Shown: positions 49,623-60,645 of the stretch, piece after piece
Layout: the number at the start of each line of letters is the position of its first letter
Numbering within the stretch: position 1 is the first letter of the stretch
Source of the DNA: Guillardia theta CCMP2712
Lineage: Eukaryota > Protista > Cryptophyta
DNA length: 64,000 nt
Assembly (NCBI RefSeq): GCF_000315625.1
Contig: NW_005434645.1
Span: 656,451-720,450, forward strand
Reading direction: 5' to 3'
Position numbers and translations under genes: made by a program
Notes under the pieces: generated by a model
What the model saw: only the letters and a program-made list of their open reading frames with translations
The model's database searches: none
Told to the model about the DNA's origin: nothing

Positions 49623-51068
49623 ATGGACCATACTTCCATGACTTGCATCGCCAACACGCTCGTGAGAAATAATCGTCGCTTGCTTTTGATTTTCTTCTTC
49701 ATCATGTTGTTTGGAAAGAGGCTCGACGCGGACACGAGGTTGCAGAGAGTCAAGTTGATATCACTTCACGAGATGCGACTTCGTGGTGGAGGTAAGAGTG
49801 ATGCATGGACAAGGTTCGAAGACTTGATCAAAGGAGCCGAAGGCAGAAAAGCGTTCCTCGAAGAGATCCAGGGAAACTCACCCCAATCTCAGGAGATGAC
49901 CGGCAGTAACGAGCAGTTGATCAAGAACATCTTCATGGACGCCCCTGCAACAATTACTCACAAAGAATCAAAACCACCCTTGTTGGAAGTAGACTGGTAC
50001 CAGCGAAAACTTTCCTCTGCAAGAGCTCAGTATAAGAAATGGAGGTCAGAAGGGATTCGTCTACCGAGTGCTCAGGAGCTCCTGAAGCGATACGTTGAAG
50101 GCTCGCTAGTCACGTTCAAGAAAAAAATGGAGAAATTCACGGGCAACAAAAATTTAAAACAGAAAGTAATTATGCAAGCGATTTCTAAGAGGTATGAGTT
50201 CTGCGGGGATATGCTGGTACGCCGCGGAAGCCAGCTTCGTGCATTCCAGTGTTATTTGAATGCAACACAATACGATCAGACGAACTTTCGTGCTCGCAAG
50301 ATGGTAGAAAAATACTCCTTGCATTTCAATCGGTGATCTTGATGTTTGCTCATGAGAAATCATAGTTGAAACGTTTCCCAGACCTCGACGGAAGGCAATA
50401 CCTTGCACCCCAGCAAAAGCCAGTCGGGCCCTTTTGCAAGACAAATATACTTTGCAGAATTTGCGGTGATATCTTCCTGATTCATTCAAATTTCCTGTTT
50501 TTGTAATGTAACTGTGCAGTCGGTCTTCTCGCGTCCGCTATCTTAATTCGACTGAGTTGCTGGTGTACTCGTGCATGGTCAATGTAACGGTATGACGATA
50601 CAATCTTTCAAGTATTGCGGGCAAGTGAATGTGTTTCTAGGTGCTTGTCAACTCTTCGCTCCTGGCATCCAGTCCAGATGGCCTGCAGAGGTGAAATATG
50701 CTGTAATGCTTATCACTTTCATTCAGATAGCTTTGCAGGTTCCCCATGTACCTTATTCGAACCACTCTCTCCAAAGGATTCAGGTTGCATCCACCTGGAA
50801 AAGAAAATGTCCAGAGACGCAAAAAACTAAGGGGGATACTAAAGCTTTATCGAGTCCCGGATGGAAAGGCAAGGTTCTACCTGCCGAGAGCGCTGTGGCC
50901 TCCCGAACCCCCCTGTTTGAAATGTTATGCCACCAACCATGTGAGATTTCATGCTTTTGTTTGCTACTTTCAAAAACTAATACCGATTTTCTGATTTACG
51001 ATCCCTAGACAACGAAAAATTGTGCTCGCAGCAAGCAGAAAATTTTCAGGACAAGAAAGTCTTTATAG
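49623..51068 (+). CDS. Hypothetical protein with signal-like leader, RLRGG motif, TPR-like helix pair and C-terminal CCHC zinc knuckle; probably multi-exon
   Basis: ORF 49623-50336 contains LLLIFFFIMLFG and MRLRGG. Intron 50941..51008 joins CLKCYATNH|TTKNC (CX2CX4HX4C). Linking the two parts is inferred. Confidence 0.55.
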
Positions 51069-51741
51069 CCGCACCCACAGGCTCAGTACCCAGACGGCGG
51101 TTTTCAAGTTAGTCATATGCTTCCCGCGGACCGGCGGCCCCGCGGTCTGGTCGTATCTGACTGACACGATTGCAGTCGAATCCGAACCGAGTGATCAGTC
51201 ATTGCTGCGGATTTCATAGCCGCCTGAGTCCGTAGCCAAGTGACCGTCCTGGCCTGCCGTTTCCAACTTGCACGCGAGGGTCGCTGGAGAGCTGATACAA
51301 CAGAGCGACTATGGATAACTGGCATGATTTTTTCGCAATCCTTCTGTCCTCTTGCAATGTGGCTTTTGTGCTACCTCTTTGACGCTCTCTGTAAATCCTC
51401 GAGATTTCGAGATTTCGAGCTGTCACACTTGATGAGTCACGAAATTTCAAGAGTATTTATTTAAACCCTGGATCATGCGGTGGAAATTACAGTTTCACAC
51501 ATAGGTTGAGATTCAGAAAGCTGGGGCGGCAATTATTCCATGGCAGTTCCTGTGACCGTTGTTTGGCGACTGATCTTTCAATATGGTGCTGGAAAGTGGT
51601 GCCTGGTATGATAGTACATACCATGTTGAGCGTGTTATGCAAATTGTGATGAGTCTCAACAGGCTATTTACTTCTTGCATTTCTATCAGTTATTTTTACA
51701 TTCTGCACCACGTCCCACGTTGCAAGTAGGTTGCTTCCTGC

Positions 51742-53309
51742 TCAAGGCTGAAAGTTGTCAAGCTTCTCGAGCAATCCTTGGGCGTAATTGGGAGAGTAGT
51801 ATCTCACAATCTCCTCGGGATAACAGACGTTGATCTGGTCGATGTATTCTCGTAATTTTGAGCCTGGCTCTGCTTGAATTTCCTGAATCTGACCAGATAT
51901 AGAAGTTAAAAAACGCGAAGAAGAATCAGAAATGTCACCTTTTTTAAGCCCCCACTTGTCACAAATGCCTTTCTTGCGTCCATATTCTTCGGAAGCACTT
52001 TTGCAAACTGATGAACTAAGTATTTCAAGATGTTTCTGGGCGAATCGGACAGGAGAGGCTCCAATGCCTCCAAATGGATGCACTTCTGGATTACGGCCTT
52101 CATAGCCCTCTTTGCCTTTGTCTTCAAATCTTCACTGCTGTCCTCATTCAGGTAAACGGCAAGAAGCCTGCCGATGACATTGTGAACAGCAAGCGCCTTG
52201 GCATGGTCTGGGCTATGCCTTCCGATCTGTCCAAGGGACCATGCGCTTGCTGCCTTGATGTGATCTTCAGGCTCTCTCACGAGTGCATCCATGAGAGGAG
52301 GAACTCCCTTGGCCACAATGACACCCATTGCAAGTGTCTCCGAGAAGGCAGAGATGTAACCAAGAGTCATGATGCCGGGGAGCCTGGCATTTCCTCGAGT
52401 TTCGTTCACATAGTCTACAATGGCAGTGACACCTCCTGCATTGACAATCAAGCGCGCCAGCTCCGGTGTATGCTTGGCTATCTCTCGAATACACGTTGCA
52501 GAATTCTTTCGGACTTGTGTATCTACATCCTTCAAGCACGTAAGAATCTTTGGAAAGATCTCTGCTTCAACAACCACTTCTGCAAGTTCCACCGAATGCT
52601 TTGCAATCTGTGCCAGACATGCACAGACATGTCGCTTTAGCTTACCATCAACACTTTGGATTAGAGGAGCCAGATAAGCGACTGCACCAGCATCTACCAC
52701 AGACTGAGCAAGTTCCGGTGAATGCTTTGCGATGTCGCTCAAAGCACACGCTGAAATCCTCTTTAGCGTCAGCTCAGGTTCTTGAACGCAAAGGACGAGA
52801 AGAGGGACAGCACCAGCATCGACCACAGTTTGAGCCAGCTCAGCATTATGGCGTGCAATGTAGCCTAAAGCCCAAGCAGCTGCTTCCTTCACGGATGGGT
52901 CAAACTCTTCGAGGCAACCGACTAGCGCGTCCAAGGCACCGCTATCCACGACTGCTTGAGCGAGCTGAGGAGAATGCTTCGCGACCGCTCGTAGGACAAA
53001 TGCCGCTGCTTTCTTGTAAAACCTGTTCTTTTCCGAGAGGGAATACACCAACTGTGGGAGAATGCCGTTTCCCACAACCGCCTCCGCAAGATCATCGTTG
53101 TAGTTCGCTAACCTCCCCAGAGCAAGAGCTGCAGATTGTTGTATACTTGGCACATTATCAAGTAACAATGGTCGAAGCAGAGACATCACATCAGCATTCT
53201 GCAATGCCTCCACATTTTGAGGACGTGTCGAAAGATCTGCTACAGTCTGTACAAAAGTAACTCTTGCTTTCTGATACTGTTCAAATACTTGCAAGACCGC
53301 TCGTGACAT
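51742..53309 (-). CDS. SPAG6: Flagellar central-pair armadillo protein PF16/SPAG6; intron 51889..51938
   Basis: MSRAVLQVFEQYQKARVTFVQTVADL...NRFYKKAAAFVLRAVAKHSPQLAQ...CYPEEIVRYYSP. Confidence 0.98.
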
Positions 53310-56300
53310 ATTCAGTTATCACAGTTGATCTGATCAGGGATAATGTAGATCTCTTGACCGTTCCTTTTACTCAGAAAGGGTGCGACGAAATCTCCGAACA
53401 ACCTGAACGATAAGGTGTTACGCTTGCAAGTTCTGCGGATAATAAAATCAAATCGAACTATCATCATTCAGACAAGATTCAAAACCTCAACATTGTTCCA
53501 TGAGAAGACACATATGTGAATATTTCCTTTTGGTCATATACATGCTCGATAGGTGGTGACTTTCTGAAGGCTAAGAGTGTAAGATTTTCCTGAGTTCTAA
53601 TCTAATCGTAATGGTGTTCGTTCGATCTAATGTCCATCACATGCCTTCTGCTTCTTGTTCAACTTGTGGTTGCTTCTGTTTGTAATCTGAAAGTATTTTG
53701 CCTTTCGCTACACTCGTTCCATCTTCCCTTCATATTCAGAGGTGTCCGCATGCGTTTTCAGCCGCATGGAATCGAGCGTTGCCGTTGCTCGGCAGTTGAG
53801 ATGTAAGGTTCAAAAGGACGGTGGGGGTACTGGTTCTTCTATCCATAAATGGAGGGGTCCGTATACGCGCGTTCTAGTTATCGAATGTGGGGTAACTCGG
53901 TAGGCTGCCCAGTAGGTTTTACTCAAAGGCTGCCGGGATAACTGGGCTTGAGTGGGGATGTGGATTGATTTCTAAAAGGGGTTGCGGCAGCCATGTTCGA
54001 CGATGCCAGGAAGCTCATGCAGCTCAGGTTTGACTTACGGATAATGCTTGCAGTGATTGTTTGGTCGAGCCTATCTGTTCATTTGAAATATGTCAATGTC
54101 ATGTTTCCTTTTGCTCTACTTGAGGAGCAATGCAACCTCGCGCACATCTCTGATTCTCATTACCTATGGTTGAACCTTTCCTTTTCCTAAACCCTGAACC
54201 TTTCCCTTTCGTCTAAGATGGATTTTTTTAGGATGTCCATGCTTTCGTTTTCTCAGGTTCTTCTGCATATCGCGGTATAGAAAAAAACATGATTAATGCT
54301 TTGTTCAGGAGGAAATGAATGAGCACAATGCGAATGGTCTTTTCACGAATACACCAATCGACAGCAACGACAGTCCTCCCGGAAACAACCAGCAGTACTG
54401 TACACTGTACGGCAATCTGCAACCTTTGTGTCATGTTCAATTCCGTGATTGTTGTTCCAGCTTCAACGGCGAGGGTTCTGGCTGTTTGCGGTCGGATGGC
54501 ACATTCGCGCCAAGCCTCCCCCCTGTTACCGTGACATATTGAGCTCACATGATACATTTCTACTAAAGAAAGTAAACTTTCTTAGCTGAAAATTTGCTGA
54601 TATTGTTGTTTTGTGGGCAGTGGCTAGCATTGATGTCAGAGTGTTGAAGTAATGCTCATGCAACAGATTGTTAATGTACTATTTGTGAGTTATGAAGCAA
54701 GTTGTTGCCTTGGTTTGAAACAATCTAACCACGTGAACAACCAACACATCATTTTGATGCGTTTCATGTTGGGGCAATGAAGGAACCCAACAACTCTTGA
54801 AGGCCAATCTGCTTGATGTCATTCTAATGACCAAACACTTTCTCCTTTAGGAGGAATCTGTGTTGCATTCAGAAAACCTTTCACATGAGAAAATCTTATA
54901 CCCTCCAACGGGCGTGATGGCGTCAGCTGCTTCAGTGGAGCATTGCTTGAAGCTGTTTAAATCCAGGTTTCACCAGGAGGCCACTACACTTTTGATGAAG
55001 GATTACCAGTTGGTCCAAGACTCTTCTCCACACAAGACCTTGGCATTGGTAGAGGCACTGACGATACCGTAGAGCATTGCGTGACCTTTCCACACAATCA
55101 GATGCTTCGGGATGGTGCAAGATAGCTATCACCCATCAAGATGAAGTGACCTGGAGATGGGCGGGACTTCTTCACTTGAGCTCCACCAAGTTCTGTTGCG
55201 AAAGTTAATTCAAGCTTGCAAATATGCGGCCAATCATGACCAGAAGCAGCAACTGGAGCAGCCAGAGCCATCTTGGTCTGCATACCAGTATGAGTGGCAA
55301 CTGCAGGGTTCTGTTTACAAGAGGAGGTCAGAGCAACTTTTAACAAATATCGACGATTTACCCAGAGATCGCCAGGATCCTCTCCATTGCCGGGACCATA
55401 CCATCCATGACCAGCGACGCCAAAGCTATTGCTAACAGTCACCCAAGCGGAATCAAGTTGATCATCAATCTTTACGTATCATGGTCGTCACAGGAACCAT
55501 AGATGCAATCACTGTTTCCCTGGCCACCGCCGACACCAACACTGCCGATGAACTGAAGAGAGTTTGTGTCTTGAGGCGTATTGATGTGATTGCTCAAGGA
55601 CAGCATTGAAGATTCCTTGACTGCATCACAAGGCAAGGGGTAACAGCTGTACGGCTCATCCGGAGAGATGTCGACCGGCTACAAGAAATCACTTTCAAAA
55701 ACCAGCCACGTCAATGTCTAATTGCTCACTTCTGTGTGGTGCCAGATATGTGGCGAGGAATCATACACAGGAGAATCCTCATGCTCCAGAACATTGTCGT
55801 ACACACCAGGCTTTTCGGACAAACCGGTCTAGTTGATAACATTATCAAACAGCAGACGAAGATTGGACTGCTTACCAGATGGTGGGGATGAGTATTTCCG
55901 TGCAGTGCGTGGCCAAGCTGTCATTAAAAGGGTCAAATTGAGTTCACAGGGCGACAAGTTAAGTTATACATGTGTTTTACGGTTGTTTGCATGAAGTGTC
56001 AATCAAGACAAACTTACTTACACATAATATGTTTTTGGAAGATGGAGACAGACACGAAATGATGACCGCACAAAATGATCCAACATTGATTTTGAATCGT
56101 TGCCAGCAACAACATCTCTCACCACTGCATGTGTCGCCGACGAAGATGTATCAGCACAGAGGATAGCTAGCGCTTCCATTTCACGTCTTGCAGGACTGAC
56201 CCACCCCAACCTATACAGGTTCTGCACGATGGTTGACCCACCCTTGGAAATGAGTCAAGGTGGTTCAGATCTATACCGGTGAAATATGACCTTTGGTCCC

Positions 56301-56683
56301 AAAAAGCACCCCTACCACCCCTGAGAAGAATCTTGTTCTTGGTACAAAAAGATTAGTACGGAAATTCATTATTGTTGTTGTGACATGGTACGAATGATCA
56401 TGTTCAAGTTTGTACTGGTTTATATTAGTATGGTACTTATTCCAACTATTGTTTGTAGTGAAGCGCCTGAACAAAAATCTAAAAAATGAGAGAAGGTGAA
56501 GAATTCTCCGAGCTCCGAGGCTCCGGGCCGGCCCGGGCCGGGGGAAGGGTTTAGAGGTTTAGGACTCGGATGGGGCCCTGAGGGGGTGGAACTCGCGATA
56601 AAAGGGTCTAGTACCGGTGTCTTTCCGCCAATGATAGAGTTTTACTCCAAGTTAAGTTGGGTTCTTTTGGGTTTAGGGTTTAG

Positions 56684-57415
56684 GGCCGGGCCCGTTGACA
56701 GAGGCATGCTGCTCTGTGGCGCGTAGGGAGAGCGCAAGGGCACCGGAGGAAGCTGCGAGCAAGAGGTTTGTGCAGTTCAAACAGCTTTCTAAGTATGGTA
56801 CTACAGTATGATGAGAGCGTTCAACGGTTCGCAACCTGCTGTATCGGAGATCATGCCAATACACGCAGGGTGAGCGCTCAGGAGGCCACGTCGAGGAGGC
56901 CGACCTCGTCGAGAGAGTGAAGAGCTTCACCAAGCGTTATCCGAATAGTCGGACAGCTCATGCTTGCAGACAGATGAAAGAGGCCAAACAGCAGAATGTC
57001 GAGACTTACATCGGCACCGAAGACACCGAGGAGACCTCCTTCATCTCCGAGGCTCCATGACTCTCCTGGGCATCTCCTCGATGTATGTGCGACAAGAAGA
57101 CAAATTGAAAATGAAGTTGACGGAGCTGGGACTCATAGTAGACTCAGTCGATAGAGACGACAAGTCCATCATGTGGAAAGCACCTTACAGACCTGAGATA
57201 GCACGAGCAGTACGACATCTCACCATCTCCGAGGCTTCCTTCGGAATGAGCCATCGCACAGCAGAGAGTACAGCATCGACGGGCGAGTTTTCAGAGCAAC
57301 TGAAGTCAGCATTGCACACGACAGGTCGTTCAAGCTCCGAGCCAAGCGAGGACCTTGGGGCAAGGGAGGGAGCCTTGCCGAGCTATCGCAGCTCCTAGCT
57401 CTTGGAGGAATGTCG
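56684..57415 (+). pseudogene. Degenerate, internally deleted and 3'-truncated older relative of the telomeric element
   Basis: Shares cgcaacctgctgtatcggagatcatgccaatacacgcag, MTLLGISS and IMWKAPYRPEI with the intact copies. Preceded by TTTAGGG units (56667-56685) and followed by degenerate ones (57416-57447). Confidence 0.85.
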
Positions 57416-57446
57416 AGGGTTAAGGGTCTAGGGTTTAGGGTTTTAG

Positions 57447-57492
57447 GCAACATTCTAGCATTCTAATAAACTCACATAATAATAATAATAAT
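57447..57492 (+). mobile_element. 5'-truncated 3' fragment of the telomeric element with (AAT)5 tail
   Basis: caacattctagcattctaataaactcacat(aat)5 lies between telomeric repeats. Confidence 0.85.
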
Positions 57493-57591
57493 AGGGTTTA
57501 GGGTTTAGGGCGCCGTTATTTTCGGCAGCATGGCTCCTCGTCAGGTGTAGGGGAAGCCGCCAGGGCGCCAAGGAAGCTGCAAGCGAGAGGT

Positions 57592-59766
57592 TTGTATACT
57601 TCAAATAGCTTTCTAAGTATGGTTCTTCAGTATGATGAAAATGTTCGCAACCTGCTGTATCGGAGATCATGCCAATACACGCAGAGCGGACTTGTGGATG
57701 CCTCTGTCCTCGAAGCTGATCTCGTCGAGAGGGTGAAGAGCTTCGCGAAGCGTTATCCGAACAGCAGGACAGCCCAGGCTTGCAAGGCTGTGGAGGGATG
57801 CACCCCCGACGCTATCGCAGAAGCCATCCGCTCGACATGTCAGCAGGCACGACGTGAGCTTCTGCAAGAAGCGATGACTGGATGGAGTGACGCATCCAGA
57901 GAGTGGTTTATGCAGCAGATTGAAGAAGCCAAGAAGGAGAAGGTCGAGACATACACCGCCTCAGCAGGCAACGAGGTGACTTCCTTCATCTCCATGACTC
58001 TCCTGGGCATCTCCTCGGTGTATGTCAACCATGAAGAAAAGCTGAAGAAGAAATTTGAAGAGATCGGACTGATCGTAGACTCAGTGCAAGAGAGTAAAGC
58101 AATCATGTGGAAGGCTCCGTATAGACCCGAGATAGCGAGTGCTGAGGAGATCCCGGTGACTGTTTCCTTCCTCCGCAATGCACAAGCGGAGAAGCTCTGG
58201 CAGGGAAGAGAGGACTTCGCGATCGATGGTCGCAAGTTCACAGCTGTACATGTGAGCATCGTGCACGATCGATCTTTCAAGATTCGAGCCAAGAGAGGAC
58301 CCTGGGGCAAAGGGGGCAGCTTGGCAGAGCTGACTCACCTGCTAACCTTGGGCGGCATGACAACGGCTGAGATAGCTGCCGTCTATCGCTATCAGCTGCT
58401 GCGCCAGTCCCTTGCAGCGGTCCAACTCCAGCCGCTGGCAGGCATGCTGGTCGCTGGGGCGCCAGGACAGCAAGTCCACAAAGGCTTAGGTCAGAAAGGC
58501 TTCGTCGCTGTAGGGGCCAACGTCATCTGGAGACAGAGGGAGGTGGAGTGGATCGTCTCCTCGAGCTGCCCAGAGGCGAATGATACAGCATTTCGAGCTT
58601 TCCGAGAGAGCGAAGCGATGGAGGGAGTACACCTGACTCTGTTCAGCGAGAACCCGAAGATCAGAGAGGCGCTCGCAGTCGAGTTGACAGCGGATCGCTT
58701 TGTGTCCAGAAATAAGTTGAAGAAGGCATCAAGACTGCAGAAGAAGGCAGGCGGCAAGGACGGCAAGGAGATCAAGATCATCATCAAGTCGACGGCGGCA
58801 TCTGGTCGCTTCACGAGGAAGGAGATGGAGGGGCTGTGCAACGGCGGCAACACGTCTATCGCAAGAGTCAAGAGAGTCTTGTTGCCGTCGGAGATCGCTA
58901 ACAGGCTCGAGATCAACGTTGAAGGCATCGACATGGAGGAGGATTGGAACACCAAGTCCTGGAACGGGTCCAAGCTATGCATCCTCCTCGGCTCCACGGA
59001 GGATGCTCGACGCATGATGAAGGAGCTGCCCTTCTATCTCGAAGGCGCAGCAACCAAGCTCGAAGCAGTCGGCTTCGACAAGGAGCCTGAGGCGGCTGGT
59101 CAGCGGGGCACCAGCGACGCAGCACAGCGACAGGAGGAGAGCGAGGGAGAGTGGCTGGAGTTTACAGACCTGGAGAGGATCACAATGGAGGCAGCATCTC
59201 CGTCAAGCCAAGAGGACATGCAGCTCGTCAGCGAGCTGTCAGCAGTCATCGAAGATGCAGCTTCTTTGAACGAGGCAGGGACGAGCGAGCCGATCAAGCT
59301 GGTCCTGGACAAGGCCGTTGGCAACCTCCACGACACCTTCTACTCTCCGGGGAGCCTGGAGTTCATGTCGCTGGGAGAGTGGGCGAAGATGCCAGAGGAG
59401 CAGGGAGTTGGGCGCAACGTTCTCAAGGAGAAGCTGGGGAAGTGGCTGCAGAGCAAGCGCTGGACTCGCGTGCAAGGAGAGAGCAAGAAGGCAAGGAGGG
59501 GCAGCGCGTTCTCGCCACGGGCAACGGCAGCTGCTGAGCTTGAGCAGGAGGCGGAGAGCGACGACATAGAGCGTCGATCTCTTAGCTTCCTGTTCATAGC
59601 ACTGAGTAAATTCGCAGAGATGCATGTGCTGGCCTGCTCGCTGAAGGTGGACAAGAAGGACCGACTGCGAGTGGAGATGAGGGAAGATGACGAAGAAGAG
59701 GAAGACATGGAGGAAGAGCAAGGCGAGGGCGAGGAAGAAGACGGGGCGAGCCCGTACCGAGCTTGA
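57592..59766 (+). CDS. Element-encoded ~720-aa protein with RRM-like segments and acidic tail (ORF1p-like)
   Basis: Intact frame. MTLLGIS/EEKLKKKFEEIG/IVDSV/VTVSF/NAQAEKLWQG/FAIDGRKFT follows an RRM beta-alpha-beta-beta-alpha-beta pattern. No RT or endonuclease motif seen. First ATG at 57619. Confidence 0.7.
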   Translation: MYTSNSFLSMVLQYDENVRNLLYRRSCQYTQSGLVDASVLEADLVERVKSFAKRYPNSRTAQACKAVEGCTPDAIAEAIRSTCQQARRELLQEAMTGWSDASREWFMQQIEEAKKEKVETYTASAGNEVTSFISMTLLGISSVYVNHEEKLKKKFEEIGLIVDSVQESKAIMWKAPYRPEIASAEEIPVTVSFLRNAQAEKLWQGREDFAIDGRKFTAVHVSIVHDRSFKIRAKRGPWGKGGSLAELTHLLTLGGMTTAEIAAVYRYQLLRQSLAAVQLQPLAGMLVAGAPGQQVHKGLGQKGFVAVGANVIWRQREVEWIVSSSCPEANDTAFRAFRESEAMEGVHLTLFSENPKIREALAVELTADRFVSRNKLKKASRLQKKAGGKDGKEIKIIIKSTAASGRFTRKEMEGLCNGGNTSIARVKRVLLPSEIANRLEINVEGIDMEEDWNTKSWNGSKLCILLGSTEDARRMMKELPFYLEGAATKLEAVGFDKEPEAAGQRGTSDAAQRQEESEGEWLEFTDLERITMEAASPSSQEDMQLVSELSAVIEDAASLNEAGTSEPIKLVLDKAVGNLHDTFYSPGSLEFMSLGEWAKMPEEQGVGRNVLKEKLGKWLQSKRWTRVQGESKKARRGSAFSPRATAAAELEQEAESDDIERRSLSFLFIALSKFAEMHVLACSLKVDKKDRLRVEMREDDEEEEDMEEEQGEGEEEDGASPYRA

Positions 59767-59796
59767 GCTGAGCTCAAGGTAAGTAGAGAAGGTGGA

Positions 59797-60005
59797 GGCG
59801 ACCGAAGGCCAAGGTGAGGAGAGGCAACTCTCCTGACTGAAGCTGAGGAAGCTGAATGGAGGAGGAGTAGGTGGCGACCGAAGGCCAAGGTGAGGAGAGG
59901 CAACTCTCCTGACTGAGGCTGAGGAAGCTGAATGGAGGTAGAGTAGGTGGTGACCGAAGGCCAAGGTGAGGAGAGGCAACTCTCCTGACTGAGGCTGAGG
60001 AAGCC
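59797..60005 (+). repeat. 76-bp tandem repeat x~2.7 in the element 3' UTR (also 62931..63139)
   Basis: accgaaggcc recurs at 59801, 59877 and 59953, and at 62935, 63011 and 63087. Confidence 0.95.
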
Positions 60006-60264
60006 AAGAGAAGACAGCAGAAGTAGAAAGTAGAAAGACGCCTCAGAAGCAGGGTTCGCATTGTAGGCCGTGTACTCCCAGTGCTCGAGCGCCTCTTTAG
60101 ACTAGGATCAAATTGCGAAAGCCCACAACGAGGCCGAGCAACATTCTAGCATTCTAATAAACTCACATAATAATAATAGGGTTTAGGGTTTAGCGCCGTT
60201 ATTTTCGGCAGCGCGCCGTTATTTTCGGCAGCATGGCTCCTCGTCAGGTGTAGGGGAAGCCGCC

Positions 60265-60337
60265 AGGGTTTAGGGTTTAGGGTTTAGGGTTTAGGGTTTA
60301 GGGTTTAGGGTTTAGGGTTTAGGGTTTAGGGTTTAGG
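60265..60337 (+). repeat. Telomeric repeat (TTTAGGG)~10, interstitial within the array
   Basis: Perfect plant-type heptamer run with the G-strand on +, so the chromosome end should lie to the right. Confidence 0.97.
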
Positions 60338-60548
60338 CAGGCGCCGTTATTTTCGGCAGGCGCCGTTATTTTCGGCAGGCGCCGTTATTTTCGGCAGGCG
60401 CCGTTATTTTCGGCAGGCGCCGTTATTTTCGGCAGGCGCCGTTATTTTCGGCAGGCGCCGTTATTTTCGGCAGAGGCGCCGTTATTTTCGGCAGGCGCCG
60501 TTATTTTCGGCGGAGGCGCCGTTATTTTCGGCAGGCGCCGTTATTTTC
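60336..60548 (+). repeat. 19-bp tandem repeat x11 (GGCAGGCGCCGTTATTTTC), matching the element 5' terminus
   Basis: Eleven gcgccgttattttc cores at 19-nt spacing, with two 21-nt spacings. Confidence 0.95.
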
Positions 60549-60629
60549 GATCAAATTGCATAAGCCCACAACGAGGCCGAGCAACATTCTAGCATTCTAA
60601 TAAACTCACATAATAATAATAATAATAAT
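60549..60629 (+). mobile_element. 5'-truncated 3' fragment of the element with (AAT)6 tail
   Basis: gatcaaattgcataagcc...ctcacat(aat)6, followed by agggtt. Confidence 0.85.
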
Positions 60630-60645
60630 AGGGTTATTTTCGGCA

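Larger units (their letters stand above)
57509..60177 (+). mobile_element. Telomeric-repeat-inserted element, copy 1 (~2.67 kb, ORF1-only, (AAT)3 tail)
   Basis: Flanked by TTTAGGG units on both sides; near-identical to 60646-63308 and 63327-64000. Confidence 0.85.

Noticed and set aside
54315-56282. Short ORFs, including a Cys-rich 75-aa frame, between PF16 and the telomeric array
   Set aside because: No recognisable motifs or consistent exon chain; may be degenerate sequence.
57509-57585. HDV-like ribozyme at the element 5' end (TCCTCGT resembles the L3 consensus)
   Set aside because: The flanking triplets GGC/CAG cannot form canonical P3, and P1 would start with a G-A mismatch; an RNArobo/Infernal search would be needed.
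57590-57630. 41-nt GT-AG intron linking the upstream ATG to the element ORF
   Set aside because: The spliced frame contains TAG at codon 7, and synonymous changes favour the unspliced frame; not fully excluded.
59843-59857. Hammerhead core (CTGAGGA...GAAT), which would suggest a Penelope-like element
   Set aside because: GAAA is absent, and no stems I/III or UH cleavage site could be built.
60336-60548. 19-bp repeat array as a CRISPR array
   Set aside because: No unique spacers, eukaryotic context, and the unit equals the element's 5' end.
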